Below are positions 27,017 through 35,371 of a DNA stretch of 64,000 nt, in pieces. This stretch comes from Clostridia bacterium. Its GTDB lineage: Bacteria > Bacillota > Clostridia > Oscillospirales > CAG-382. The stretch is from positions 4,384-68,383 of the forward strand of contig JAFQHL010000064.1 in assembly GCA_017397955.1 (NCBI GenBank), read 5' to 3'. Made by a program: the position numbers and the translations under genes. Each line of letters starts with the position of its first letter. Within the stretch, counting starts at the first letter, position 1. The notes under the pieces are model-generated. The model was not told where the DNA came from. It saw nothing but the letters and a program-made list of their open reading frames with translations, and did no database searches.

Positions 27017-28933
27017 ATGAAAAAGCTTACAAAGTTTCAAAAGCAAATAATAGCAATCTGTGCCGTTGCCTTTTTGGCGGCGGCGCTGTTTGCCGCTTAT
27101 ATCATTGCAAAGCCCGATGAAGCCCCCAAGGAGGAAGCACCCAAAAAGGTAGTGCTTAACTACAGCTTCACGGAGGCGGAGGAAGATGCCCTAAAAGCCT
27201 TTACAGGCACCGCAAGCTTTAGCTTTAAAGCGGAAAAGGGCAAAGCGAGCGAAAAGCTTGCGCCCCTTATGGCGTTGGCAGAGGACTATGCTGCTATGAA
27301 TAAGGGCATAAGCGTAAACTACAAGAGCGGCGACGCTGATATGAGCCTTACTGCAGGCGGCAAGACCACAAGCTTTGATGTGGAAAAGGACATAGAGTAC
27401 TACACCAATACAGACGGTAAGCTTTATGCCTTTAACGCCCGTCCTCTTGTTAACAGCGCATTGTTTGGGGATACCCTGGGTGTTGACGAAAAACAGCCCT
27501 TCAGCGGCTTTGACAAGGATGGCGACATCCTTAACAGAGGCGGCAACATCCTTATGTTCTCTATGGGCAGTAAGTATACCGAGCTGGAGTTTGTACAGAT
27601 AAACAACAAACACGGCAAGGAGATAACATTCTACTCCGATAAAAAGACGGGCACCCCCGCAATTATAGGGGCGGAGGCTATGATGGTGGATTCTTCCGCC
27701 GCCATAACTCTTATGTCCTTTGCCCAAAACCCCGTTGCTACGGGTAAGGTGGAAAAGCCGGAGGCACTTTCTGTTTACGGCTTGGACAGCGATGAAAACG
27801 CCACCGCAACAATCCTTGTTGCTACCGACGAAAACACCTTCCGCAGTGTGCGTATAGGTAAACCCCTGCCCGACGGCAGTGGTTATTACGCCCTGTGTGA
27901 TGACGCGGAAAATAAGTTTAAACCCTATGTTTATATGACCAACTCCTACGCAAGCTACGCGCTTATGGCAATGGAAGATTTCCTTAGTGCGGAGTACGGT
28001 GTACCTCTTGAGGAGATGACCGATGTCTTCACCGCTATTGACGATATGAGCGTGGAGATGAACGGGGAAACAGTAAGGCTTGATCAGCTTAGCACCGCAG
28101 AAAAGAAGGAACTGCCTGTAAACTATTCTTGGAAGGTAACTTCACCCGACCGCTATATCCACAGCGAAAGCGGTTATGCCCTCAGTAATTACTACAACGT
28201 GGGTGACCTGTTTAACGCACTTTCCTCCCTCAAAAGCGATGATATAAGGGTTGCCATCCCCACCGAGGAGGATTTGGCGGAATACGGCTTGGATAAGCCC
28301 TATCGTAGCTATAAGTGGACGGTTTACGAGCTTATAACCTGCAATGTGCACATGACAAAGCCGGACGACAAGGGGCAGATTTATCTTTACGGCACCATTG
28401 CCTATTATGACAAGGAAAACGACAGCACTTATACGGAAACCCTTGGCATCGGCGTAATCGAAACCTCTGCTTTCAGCAACGAGGACAAGGTTTGTTATGT
28501 GGACTTTACCGCCCTTAACTTTATAGACAGCAAGCTGTTTACGGATTATATTACCGCTGTTGACAGCATAAGCGTTACCAAGGACGGAGAAACCCATGTG
28601 TTCAGATTTGAAAAGAACGATAAGAATGAGCTTACGGCTGCAACTCTTGACGGCAGAGTGGCAGACCTGCAAAGTGTACGCCGCTTTTACGTGGATATCA
28701 TCCATCCCGAAATAATAGGCGAGCATAAGGGTGATGCCCCCAAGACCACCGACCTTAGCATAGTGTTAAGCCGCGGCAAAAAGGATACGACCCTTGCCTT
28801 TACCCGCATCAACTCCGTACAGGTATATGCCACCATCAACGGCGGCGGCGGTTACTACGTTAACTATGACGATTTGGCACCTATATTGGATTCTTATAAA
28901 ATACTGCTTGAAGGCGGCATAGTACCCAGATGA
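27017..28933 (+). CDS. DUF4340-like membrane-anchored protein
   Basis: 638 aa with an N-terminal TM. Follows GldG as in conserved GldA/F/G-DUF4340 operons. The family assignment is from memory. Confidence 0.45.
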   Translation: MKKLTKFQKQIIAICAVAFLAAALFAAYIIAKPDEAPKEEAPKKVVLNYSFTEAEEDALKAFTGTASFSFKAEKGKASEKLAPLMALAEDYAAMNKGISVNYKSGDADMSLTAGGKTTSFDVEKDIEYYTNTDGKLYAFNARPLVNSALFGDTLGVDEKQPFSGFDKDGDILNRGGNILMFSMGSKYTELEFVQINNKHGKEITFYSDKKTGTPAIIGAEAMMVDSSAAITLMSFAQNPVATGKVEKPEALSVYGLDSDENATATILVATDENTFRSVRIGKPLPDGSGYYALCDDAENKFKPYVYMTNSYASYALMAMEDFLSAEYGVPLEEMTDVFTAIDDMSVEMNGETVRLDQLSTAEKKELPVNYSWKVTSPDRYIHSESGYALSNYYNVGDLFNALSSLKSDDIRVAIPTEEDLAEYGLDKPYRSYKWTVYELITCNVHMTKPDDKGQIYLYGTIAYYDKENDSTYTETLGIGVIETSAFSNEDKVCYVDFTALNFIDSKLFTDYITAVDSISVTKDGETHVFRFEKNDKNELTAATLDGRVADLQSVRRFYVDIIHPEIIGEHKGDAPKTTDLSIVLSRGKKDTTLAFTRINSVQVYATINGGGGYYVNYDDLAPILDSYKILLEGGIVPR

Positions 28934-29733
28934 GGCGGCTGATTTATATTCTGCTCTCTTTGTCTTTTGTCCTTTGCGCCTGCGGTGAGAAAACACCTGA
29001 AAAACAGTCCTTCAGCTTGGATATGGAGGTATATAACGCGGTGGCGGCGGCGGTAGAGGGCTTTAACAGTCAGAACCTACGCCAAACGGCTGTTATATTA
29101 AGCCTTACCGAGGGTGAGGAAAGCAGGTACTTTAATCAGGGTGGCTACTCCTACAATCGTGGCGAGCCTGTGGCGATGTCCGGCAAAAGCACCGAGGTTT
29201 ACGGCGGCGACGGAGTAAGCACCGACGTTTATTATAAAGCGGGAGCTTATTATTACAGCGGTAACGCAGGCAAGTATTACGAAAGCTTTGATAAAGAGCT
29301 GTTTTTAAAGCAGTATATTTGCACAAACCTAAGCTTTTGCGGGGCAGATAAGGTAACACAGCTCAGGACGGCGCAAACCTCCGCGGGTACAAAATACGTC
29401 TTTAACGCAGTGGAAGAGCAAGTGTTTAGGGATTTGTTTGCAGATGTGCTGGCGGTGTATTCCGGCGTAAAAAAGCCGCAGGAGGAAAAAACTTTATACA
29501 AAAACGGTGCGTTTACCTGCGTGCTGGATAAAAACGGCGACTTGGCGGATTTTTTAATAAGTTGTGACGTTTTGGTTTACGATACTCCCGCCTATTACCC
29601 TACGGGCTATATCCCTACTGATGAGGAGCTTTGCCACAGCTTTACCCTAAGCTATCAGCTTAACGTAAAATCCATGGGCAAGGACGTAAAAATAGAAAGC
29701 CCCGAAACAAAGGACTTTACATTCTTAGGATAG
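28930..29733 (+). CDS. Lipoprotein, function unknown
   Basis: 267 aa. Lipobox LCAC. ATGA start/stop overlap with the upstream gene. Confidence 0.7.
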   Translation: MRRLIYILLSLSFVLCACGEKTPEKQSFSLDMEVYNAVAAAVEGFNSQNLRQTAVILSLTEGEESRYFNQGGYSYNRGEPVAMSGKSTEVYGGDGVSTDVYYKAGAYYYSGNAGKYYESFDKELFLKQYICTNLSFCGADKVTQLRTAQTSAGTKYVFNAVEEQVFRDLFADVLAVYSGVKKPQEEKTLYKNGAFTCVLDKNGDLADFLISCDVLVYDTPAYYPTGYIPTDEELCHSFTLSYQLNVKSMGKDVKIESPETKDFTFLG

Positions 29734-29814
29734 AATCCTCCCCACTACTCACTCCGTTCGTAGAGGGGAATGTGTAGTTGTGGGCATCGGGAAACAGCAC
29801 TTTTTAGGTTGAAA

Positions 29815-29857
29815 ATACGCGCTTACGGCGGCAGATGCGGCTGTAAGCGCGTTTTTG
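29815..29857 (+). terminator. Rho-independent terminator of the ABC/GldG operon
   Basis: Stem ACGCGCTTAC/GTAAGCGCGT followed by TTTTT. Confidence 0.85.
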
Positions 29858-29865
29858 GTATAAGA

Positions 29866-29960
29866 AAACCCCCGCCGACACGCGGCACATACATGGAACG
29901 CCGTGTCCGTGATGATGGGTAACGGCACGCCGTAGGGCGGGGGTTTATCTCCCGCCGCTA
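29866..29960. repeat. Solo unit of the mosaic hairpin repeat family (truncated inverted head + linker + forward head)
   Basis: AAAACCCCCGCCGAC, then linker ACGCGGCACATACATGGAACGCCGTGTCCGTGATGATGGGTAACGGCACGCC, then GTAGGGCGGGGGTTTATCTCCCGCCGC. Confidence 0.85.
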
Positions 29961-29978
29961 TGCGGGCGCATTTTTTTA

Positions 29979-30007
29979 TTGAAAAAAGTACGGGGCTGTG
30001 TTATAAT
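29979..30007 (+). promoter_or_regulatory. Near-consensus sigma-A promoter firing antisense into the 3' end of the 30074-30961 gene
   Basis: TTGAAA (29979-29984), 17 nt, TATAAT (30002-30007). Confidence 0.55.
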
Positions 30008-30057
30008 TACCGTGTGTATCATAATATAGCTGTGCGAACATCATAGGAGGTAGGCGT

Positions 30058-30135
30058 ATGACAGTATATATTCTTATTCCGCCACCCTCACAATATCGGG
30101 ATAGGCTATATCCTCAACGCTTATGCAGGGCATAG
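30058..30135 (+). CDS. Candidate 25-codon small ORF (MTVYILIPPPSQYRDRLYPQRLCRA)
   Basis: AGGAGG (30045-30050) lies 7 nt upstream of the ATG at 30058. Overlaps the last 62 nt of the convergent lipoprotein gene. No homology evidence. Confidence 0.25.
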   Translation: MTVYILIPPPSQYRDRLYPQRLCRA

Positions 30136-30961
30136 GATATGCTTTTGCCGAAAACAACAGGGACCCTTCGTTTTCACAATACGATTTTAAAGCCGTTATC
30201 TGTTCTTTTGTGGCATACACAACGTAAAAAACGATGGGAACTTTACCATATCTGTTTTCGTACAGCAGTTCCTTTGTTGCTCTTGTTTCCAAATAGTTAT
30301 CCGGAAGATTATTGTCGTAATATAAAAAAGATAATTCGCTTGTCCAATCCGCTCCGTTTAAATGAGCAATCACATCAATTTGCGCCTGCGTATATATGCC
30401 AAGGCTTTCAAGCGTGTTCTTTATCTCGGCGTACTTGTCACTCATGGTATCGTCATCATCGTGATTTATCAGTACACGCAAACACAAATAGATAGGCACG
30501 TCCTCCTCCAAAACTTCATAGCCTATAGGGGTATCATCCTCGCTTTTTTTATATTCTGTTAAGCCTGCAACGGTCGCCTGTGAAAGAAGACTTGTATCAA
30601 GGGTCTTTTCGCTGTTTTCGTAATCGATTTTCTGTATCGACATCCCCGGCACCAAATCATCGGGTATGCAGTACTTATGATTTGCGTTGTAGTACGCTAC
30701 ACTTTTACAAGTAGAGTTCAGATATTCAACACCCTTTATTTCAGAATGGGGAATTACCTCCTCTCCCCCCGATTCACTGTTGTCTTGCACCAAGCTTTCG
30801 CTAATATCTTCTATACTTTCGCTTGCGTCGAAGCTTGAATTTTCGGCAGAAGCTGTGCCGTTTGAAACGGCATTTTCCTTTTCTGCGGCACAAGAAGCCA
30901 AAAGTACGTTTGCAAGCAAAAGAAGCAATGCACAAACGGTTTGCAAACGCTTTTTGTTCAT
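30074..30961 (-). CDS. Lipoprotein, function unknown (AT-richer than neighbours)
   Basis: 295 aa. Signal peptide plus lipobox LLASC. AAGGAGGG RBS. Confidence 0.75.
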   Translation of the reverse strand: MNKKRLQTVCALLLLLANVLLASCAAEKENAVSNGTASAENSSFDASESIEDISESLVQDNSESGGEEVIPHSEIKGVEYLNSTCKSVAYYNANHKYCIPDDLVPGMSIQKIDYENSEKTLDTSLLSQATVAGLTEYKKSEDDTPIGYEVLEEDVPIYLCLRVLINHDDDDTMSDKYAEIKNTLESLGIYTQAQIDVIAHLNGADWTSELSFLYYDNNLPDNYLETRATKELLYENRYGKVPIVFYVVYATKEQITALKSYCENEGSLLFSAKAYPMPCISVEDIAYPDIVRVAE

Positions 30962-30998
30962 AGAACGCCCTCCTTGTTCGGTTTATCGCTACAACTAA

Positions 30999-31027
30999 AT
31001 TGTAGACTGTTGTTTTTTTGCTGTCAA
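30999..31027 (-). promoter_or_regulatory. Sigma-A promoter for the 30074-30961 lipoprotein gene
   Basis: Minus strand reads TTGACA (31027-31022), 17 nt, TACAAT (31004-30999). Confidence 0.55.
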
Positions 31028-31149
31028 CTAAAATTTGCACAAAAAACCATTTTTGTAACAACGCATCAAACTGTCGAGCCTGTTTTGTGCACAATTCATA
31101 TTTTTAATTATAAACAAAAGGACAAAAAGCCTTTTGTCTTAATTCTTTG

Positions 31150-31178
31150 TTGAAAAGCCGTGTGATATATGCTATAAT
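31150..31178 (+). promoter_or_regulatory. Sigma-A promoter for the CDF/Trk operon
   Basis: TTGAAA (31150-31155), 17 nt, TATAAT (31173-31178). Confidence 0.6.
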
Positions 31179-31228
31179 TAAAAGGTACAGCATATTATTG
31201 CAGTACAAATCTTTGGGAGGCAAGGTGT

Positions 31229-32392
31229 ATGACAGGGCTTTTGCTTAGGCTTTTTGTAAAAGACTATAAAAATCACAAAGACAGCGCCGTGCGTAGCTCT
31301 ATAGGCAAAACCGCGGGCATTACGGGCATAGTTTGCAATTTTCTTTTGTTTTGCTTAAAGCTTGTTGCCGGCATTATGGCAGGCTCTGTTTCGGTTTTTG
31401 CGGATGCAGCCAATAACCTTTCCGACTGTTCCGCATCGGCACTTACTTTTTTCGGCTTTAGAATGGCACAACGCCCTGCAGATAAAGACCATCCCTACGG
31501 GCACGCAAGATATGAATACCTTTCGGGGCTGGCTATTGCGGTATTTGTGTTGCTTTTAGGGTCGGAGATGATAACGTCCTCAATAAAGCGTATTGTTCAT
31601 CCGACAGATAACAAAATGTCGGCACTTACCGCACTTATACTTGCGGGCGCAATAGTATTAAAGCTGTGGATGTTTTTCTTCTACCGCCGGCTTGGCAAGC
31701 TTACCAATTCTTTATCCCTTGCCGCCGCCGCCGTTGACAGCCGCAACGACGTGGTTACAACCTCTGCTGTTCTTGCAGGCTGTGTGTTAAGGCTGGCTTG
31801 GGGCATAAACTTAGATGCTTATATCGGTCTGGGCGTGTCTGGGTTTATCTTATATTCCGGCATTATGCTGGTAAAGGATACTATTTCCCCTCTCCTTGGC
31901 AAACAGGCGGATGCACAGCTTGTAGAGGATATAACCCGCCTTGTACTTTCTGACCCCAAGGTGCTTGGTGTCCACGACCTGCTTGTGCACGACTACGGCC
32001 CCGACAAACGCTTTGCCTCCATCCACGTGGAGATAAGCGCCGAGGAGGACCCTTTTTCGGGTCACGATATAATCGACAGAATAGAGCGCGAGGTGCAAAA
32101 CTGCCTCAATGTGCATCTGGTTATCCACTACGACCCCGTTGCGGTAAACGACAGTGAGTGGCAGGATATGCGCTGTCGGGTAGACTCCGTAATAAAGGAT
32201 ATCAACCCCCGTTTTTCCATGCACGGATTCAGAATAATTAAGGATAAGGACGCGGATGTTTTGGCATTTGACCTTGATATCCCCTACGATGTAAAATACA
32301 AGGGCGAGGAAGTGTCCGCCCGAATAGAAGCCGCGCTGAAGGAGCAAGGGAAGCACTATACAACTCTTATCCGATTCGACGGCAAGGAATAA
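31229..32392 (+). CDS. Cation diffusion facilitator family transporter
   Basis: 387 aa. FADAANNLSD and DHPYGHARYEYL motifs, 6 TM segments, cytoplasmic C-terminal domain. Confidence 0.85.
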   Translation: MTGLLLRLFVKDYKNHKDSAVRSSIGKTAGITGIVCNFLLFCLKLVAGIMAGSVSVFADAANNLSDCSASALTFFGFRMAQRPADKDHPYGHARYEYLSGLAIAVFVLLLGSEMITSSIKRIVHPTDNKMSALTALILAGAIVLKLWMFFFYRRLGKLTNSLSLAAAAVDSRNDVVTTSAVLAGCVLRLAWGINLDAYIGLGVSGFILYSGIMLVKDTISPLLGKQADAQLVEDITRLVLSDPKVLGVHDLLVHDYGPDKRFASIHVEISAEEDPFSGHDIIDRIEREVQNCLNVHLVIHYDPVAVNDSEWQDMRCRVDSVIKDINPRFSMHGFRIIKDKDADVLAFDLDIPYDVKYKGEEVSARIEAALKEQGKHYTTLIRFDGKE

Positions 32393-32395
32393 ATT

Positions 32396-33742
32396 ATGAA
32401 AAAAGCCAACACAACACAAATAATACTTGCAAGCTTTGTTGTCGTAATACTTTTGGGCAGTCTGCTTTTGTATCTGCCCATAAGCGCGGCAGAAGGCGTT
32501 ACGGTTTCTTATGAGGATGCACTGTTTACCGCAACCACCGCCACCTGCGTTACCGGGCTGGTAACCTTACCTACCTTCAGTACTTGGAGCGTTTTTGGAC
32601 AAGCAGTTATCCTTTTGCTTATCCAAGTGGGCGGCTTGGGGGTAATAACCGTAATGGCAGGGCTTATGGTGCTCCTTAACCGCCGCATTGGTATGGGGGA
32701 CAGGCTTCTTTTGCAGGATGCCTTTAACCTCAACTCTATGTCCGGCTTGGTGCGCTTTGTAAAACGGGTCGTAAAGGGCACATTCTTCATCGAAGGGATA
32801 GGCGCCTTACTGTATATGACCGTGTTTGTACCTGATTATGGCATAAAAGGCGTGTGGATTTCGGTCTTCACCGCCGTTTCTGCCTTCTGTAACGCGGGTA
32901 TTGACCTGCTTGGTTCCGTCAGCCTTGCGGATTACGCATTTGATCCCGTAATTAACGCCGTTACCTGCGCGCTTATTGTAATGGGCGGTCTTGGCTTTAT
33001 AGTCTGGTGGGATATTATGAGGGTAATAAAGTTGCGCCGCAAGCAGGGACGAAGGATGTTTCGCAATCTGACTTTGCATAGCAAAATAGCAATCACCGCC
33101 ACCCTTGCTCTTATAATCATCGGCGCCGTGCTTGTTTTTATCTTTGAACACAACAACCCTGCCACTATGAAAGACCTTAGCCTGTGGCAAAAAACACAGC
33201 TCTCTTTGTTCCAATCGGTAACAACAAGAACGGCGGGTTTCTTTACACTCCCGCAGGAAAACCTCAGTGCCCCCACCGCCGTTGTTTGTCTTGTGCTTAT
33301 GTTTATCGGCGGCTCACCCGTGGGCACCGCAGGCGGCATTAAAACCGTTACTGCCGCGGTACTTATCATGACTGCCGTGGCATCCCTTCGCGGTAAAGAA
33401 AGCATAGAGCTGTTCGGCAGACGGCTGAAGACTCAGGCAGTAAGTAAAGCCGTAGCCGTTACCTGCATGTCGTTCTTTATTATGCTGGTGTCAACGGTGG
33501 CGCTCTCTGCCGTTTGCGGCGGTGATGTTTTGGATATCCTGTACGAGGCCGTAAGCGCTACCGCTACCGTAGGGCTCACAAGAGGCGTTACGCCCGTGCT
33601 TAACACGGCGGGGAAGTTGATTATTACGGCAACAATGTATCTTGGCAGAGTAGGCCCTATATCGCTAGCAAGCGCCTTTGTGCTCAAGCGGGAAGGGGAG
33701 GAGCTTATACAAAATCCCACCGAGGAAATAAGCGTGGGTTAG
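32396..33742 (+). CDS. TrkH/KtrB-family K+ transporter membrane subunit
   Basis: 448 aa, polytopic. Repeated pore-loop GLGV/GGSPVGTAGGIKT motifs. Confidence 0.85.
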   Translation: MKKANTTQIILASFVVVILLGSLLLYLPISAAEGVTVSYEDALFTATTATCVTGLVTLPTFSTWSVFGQAVILLLIQVGGLGVITVMAGLMVLLNRRIGMGDRLLLQDAFNLNSMSGLVRFVKRVVKGTFFIEGIGALLYMTVFVPDYGIKGVWISVFTAVSAFCNAGIDLLGSVSLADYAFDPVINAVTCALIVMGGLGFIVWWDIMRVIKLRRKQGRRMFRNLTLHSKIAITATLALIIIGAVLVFIFEHNNPATMKDLSLWQKTQLSLFQSVTTRTAGFFTLPQENLSAPTAVVCLVLMFIGGSPVGTAGGIKTVTAAVLIMTAVASLRGKESIELFGRRLKTQAVSKAVAVTCMSFFIMLVSTVALSAVCGGDVLDILYEAVSATATVGLTRGVTPVLNTAGKLIITATMYLGRVGPISLASAFVLKREGEELIQNPTEEISVG

Positions 33743-33758
33743 GAAAGGAAGTAATACT

Positions 33759-34409
33759 GTGAGTATAAATAAAACATACGGCGTTTTCGGACTTGGCAGA
33801 TATGGCAGAGCCGTGGCGGCAGAGCTGGTAAAAAACGGAGCAGAGGTTTTGGCGGTGGATAAAAACCCCACCCTTGTGGTAAGCGCCGCGGCGGATATCC
33901 CCGTGTGCAAGTGTGCCGATGTTACAGACCCCGAGGTTATTGAACGGCTTGGTGTATCCAACCTTGATGTGGTTATTGTCTCTATGGCAAGTAATCTGGA
34001 GGCGAGTGTGCTTGCCGTTACTCTGTGCAAAGAGGCAGGCGTCCAAACGGTTATAGCCAAATGCGGAAGCGAAATGCACCAAAAGATACTGTCCCGTGTG
34101 GGCGCGGACAGGGTGATTATACCGGAGCAGGAGTCGGGCAAGCGCTTGGCTAAAAATCTGCTCACTGCAGGCTTTTCGGAGATGATGGAGCTTTCCGACG
34201 AGGTTTCTATGATAGAGCTGGAAGTAAAGGACGAATGGGTAGGAAAAAGTCTAATAGAGCTTAGCCTGCGTAAAAAATATTCCCTCAATGTGGTTGCCCT
34301 GTCGGGCGTTGACGGCATAAATACCGAGATAGACCCCGCCCGCCCCTTAAAAGCGGGTGAAAAACTTATAGTTATAGCCAACCCCCTAAAGCTAAAAAAG
34401 CTTAAATAA
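33759..34409 (+). CDS. TrkA/KtrA-family K+ uptake regulatory subunit (RCK domain)
   Basis: 216 aa. GVFGLGRYGRAVA Rossmann motif. GTG start after AGGAAAGGAAG. Confidence 0.85.
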   Translation: MSINKTYGVFGLGRYGRAVAAELVKNGAEVLAVDKNPTLVVSAAADIPVCKCADVTDPEVIERLGVSNLDVVIVSMASNLEASVLAVTLCKEAGVQTVIAKCGSEMHQKILSRVGADRVIIPEQESGKRLAKNLLTAGFSEMMELSDEVSMIELEVKDEWVGKSLIELSLRKKYSLNVVALSGVDGINTEIDPARPLKAGEKLIVIANPLKLKKLK

Positions 34410-34419
34410 TGCATAATAA

Positions 34420-34465
34420 TGCAGCTCCGCTTAATCTGTCGAGGATAAGCGGAGCTGTTTTTTTA
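34420..34465 (+). terminator. Rho-independent terminator of the CDF/Trk operon
   Basis: 12-bp stem CAGCTCCGCTTA/TAAGCGGAGCTG followed by TTTTTTT. Confidence 0.9.
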
Positions 34466-34507
34466 CAGTATACGCCCCCCGCCGCTATGGCGGGGGGTTA
34501 AACTAAA

Positions 34508-35356
34508 TTATAAAGCGGCGAAAAGTGCTGCCGCTTCGGCGGTCAGCGGAGCACCGTATTGGCAAAGGGCAAAGGCTTCTGCATACCGTATCTTTGCGCC
34601 CTTTTCTTTTCCGTATTTTTCTGTCAGCTTATCTCTGAATTTTGCGGCAGGCTTTGCAAAGCGCACGGCATATCCGCGGGGCAGGCTCAGTATTTCTTCG
34701 TCTGTGTACGCCTTATCCGTATCCATGCCCTTAAGCCACTCAAAGCGCTCCTTTTCGCCCGCGGGCACGGTTTCACCGTTGGTGTAGGGCAACCACTCAT
34801 ACACCTGCGATACATTCAGGTGGGCGATTTGCAGCTTTGTATCTATCACCTCGTCAATCCCAACAATAAAATCGCATCTGAAGGCGGGCTCGGTAAAGCC
34901 GTCCTCGTAGTACATAATAACGGGCATGTTTTTCATAGCGGGCACATCGGGGCACTCGTGAGGTACAACAAGCATATAGGATGCATCCATTACCAGCTGT
35001 GCACTTGCGCGGTGGTCGGCGTGGTAATCGTTAGGGCGGTGGGCGATGACGATATCGGGGGCAAAACGCCTTATATCACGAATCAGGCGGCGGCGGGTAG
35101 TCAAATCCGCCAAGAGGGCGCAGTCGGCTTGGTCTTTCCATATTTCGTACTCTATGCCAAGTAGCTTTGCTACTGCGGCAGACTCCTTGGCGCGTACCGC
35201 CACCGTCTCCTCGGCAGACAAAATATGGTGACCGCCGCAACCGTTGGTCATGCTTAAAAAACGCACCCTGTGCCCAAGCTGTGCCAGCTTGTACGCGGTG
35301 CCTCCGCAACGGAATTCCGCATCGTCCTGATGCGCGCCTATCATCAGTATTTTCAT
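34508..35356 (-). CDS. PIG-L/LmbE-family deacetylase
   Basis: 282 aa. N-terminal ILMIGAHQDDAEF motif and a later HADH motif. Confidence 0.75.
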   Translation of the reverse strand: MKILMIGAHQDDAEFRCGGTAYKLAQLGHRVRFLSMTNGCGGHHILSAEETVAVRAKESAAVAKLLGIEYEIWKDQADCALLADLTTRRRLIRDIRRFAPDIVIAHRPNDYHADHRASAQLVMDASYMLVVPHECPDVPAMKNMPVIMYYEDGFTEPAFRCDFIVGIDEVIDTKLQIAHLNVSQVYEWLPYTNGETVPAGEKERFEWLKGMDTDKAYTDEEILSLPRGYAVRFAKPAAKFRDKLTEKYGKEKGAKIRYAEAFALCQYGAPLTAEAAALFAAL

Positions 35357-35371
35357 AGGTGTTCTCCTTGC

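Noticed and set aside
34476-34500. GC-rich hairpin CCCCCCGCC-GCTAT-GGCGGGGGG next to the PIG-L gene 3' end.
   Set aside because: No T-run follows on either strand, so it is not a convincing intrinsic terminator. It also lacks the GTAGGG/CGCC flanks of the mosaic repeat family.
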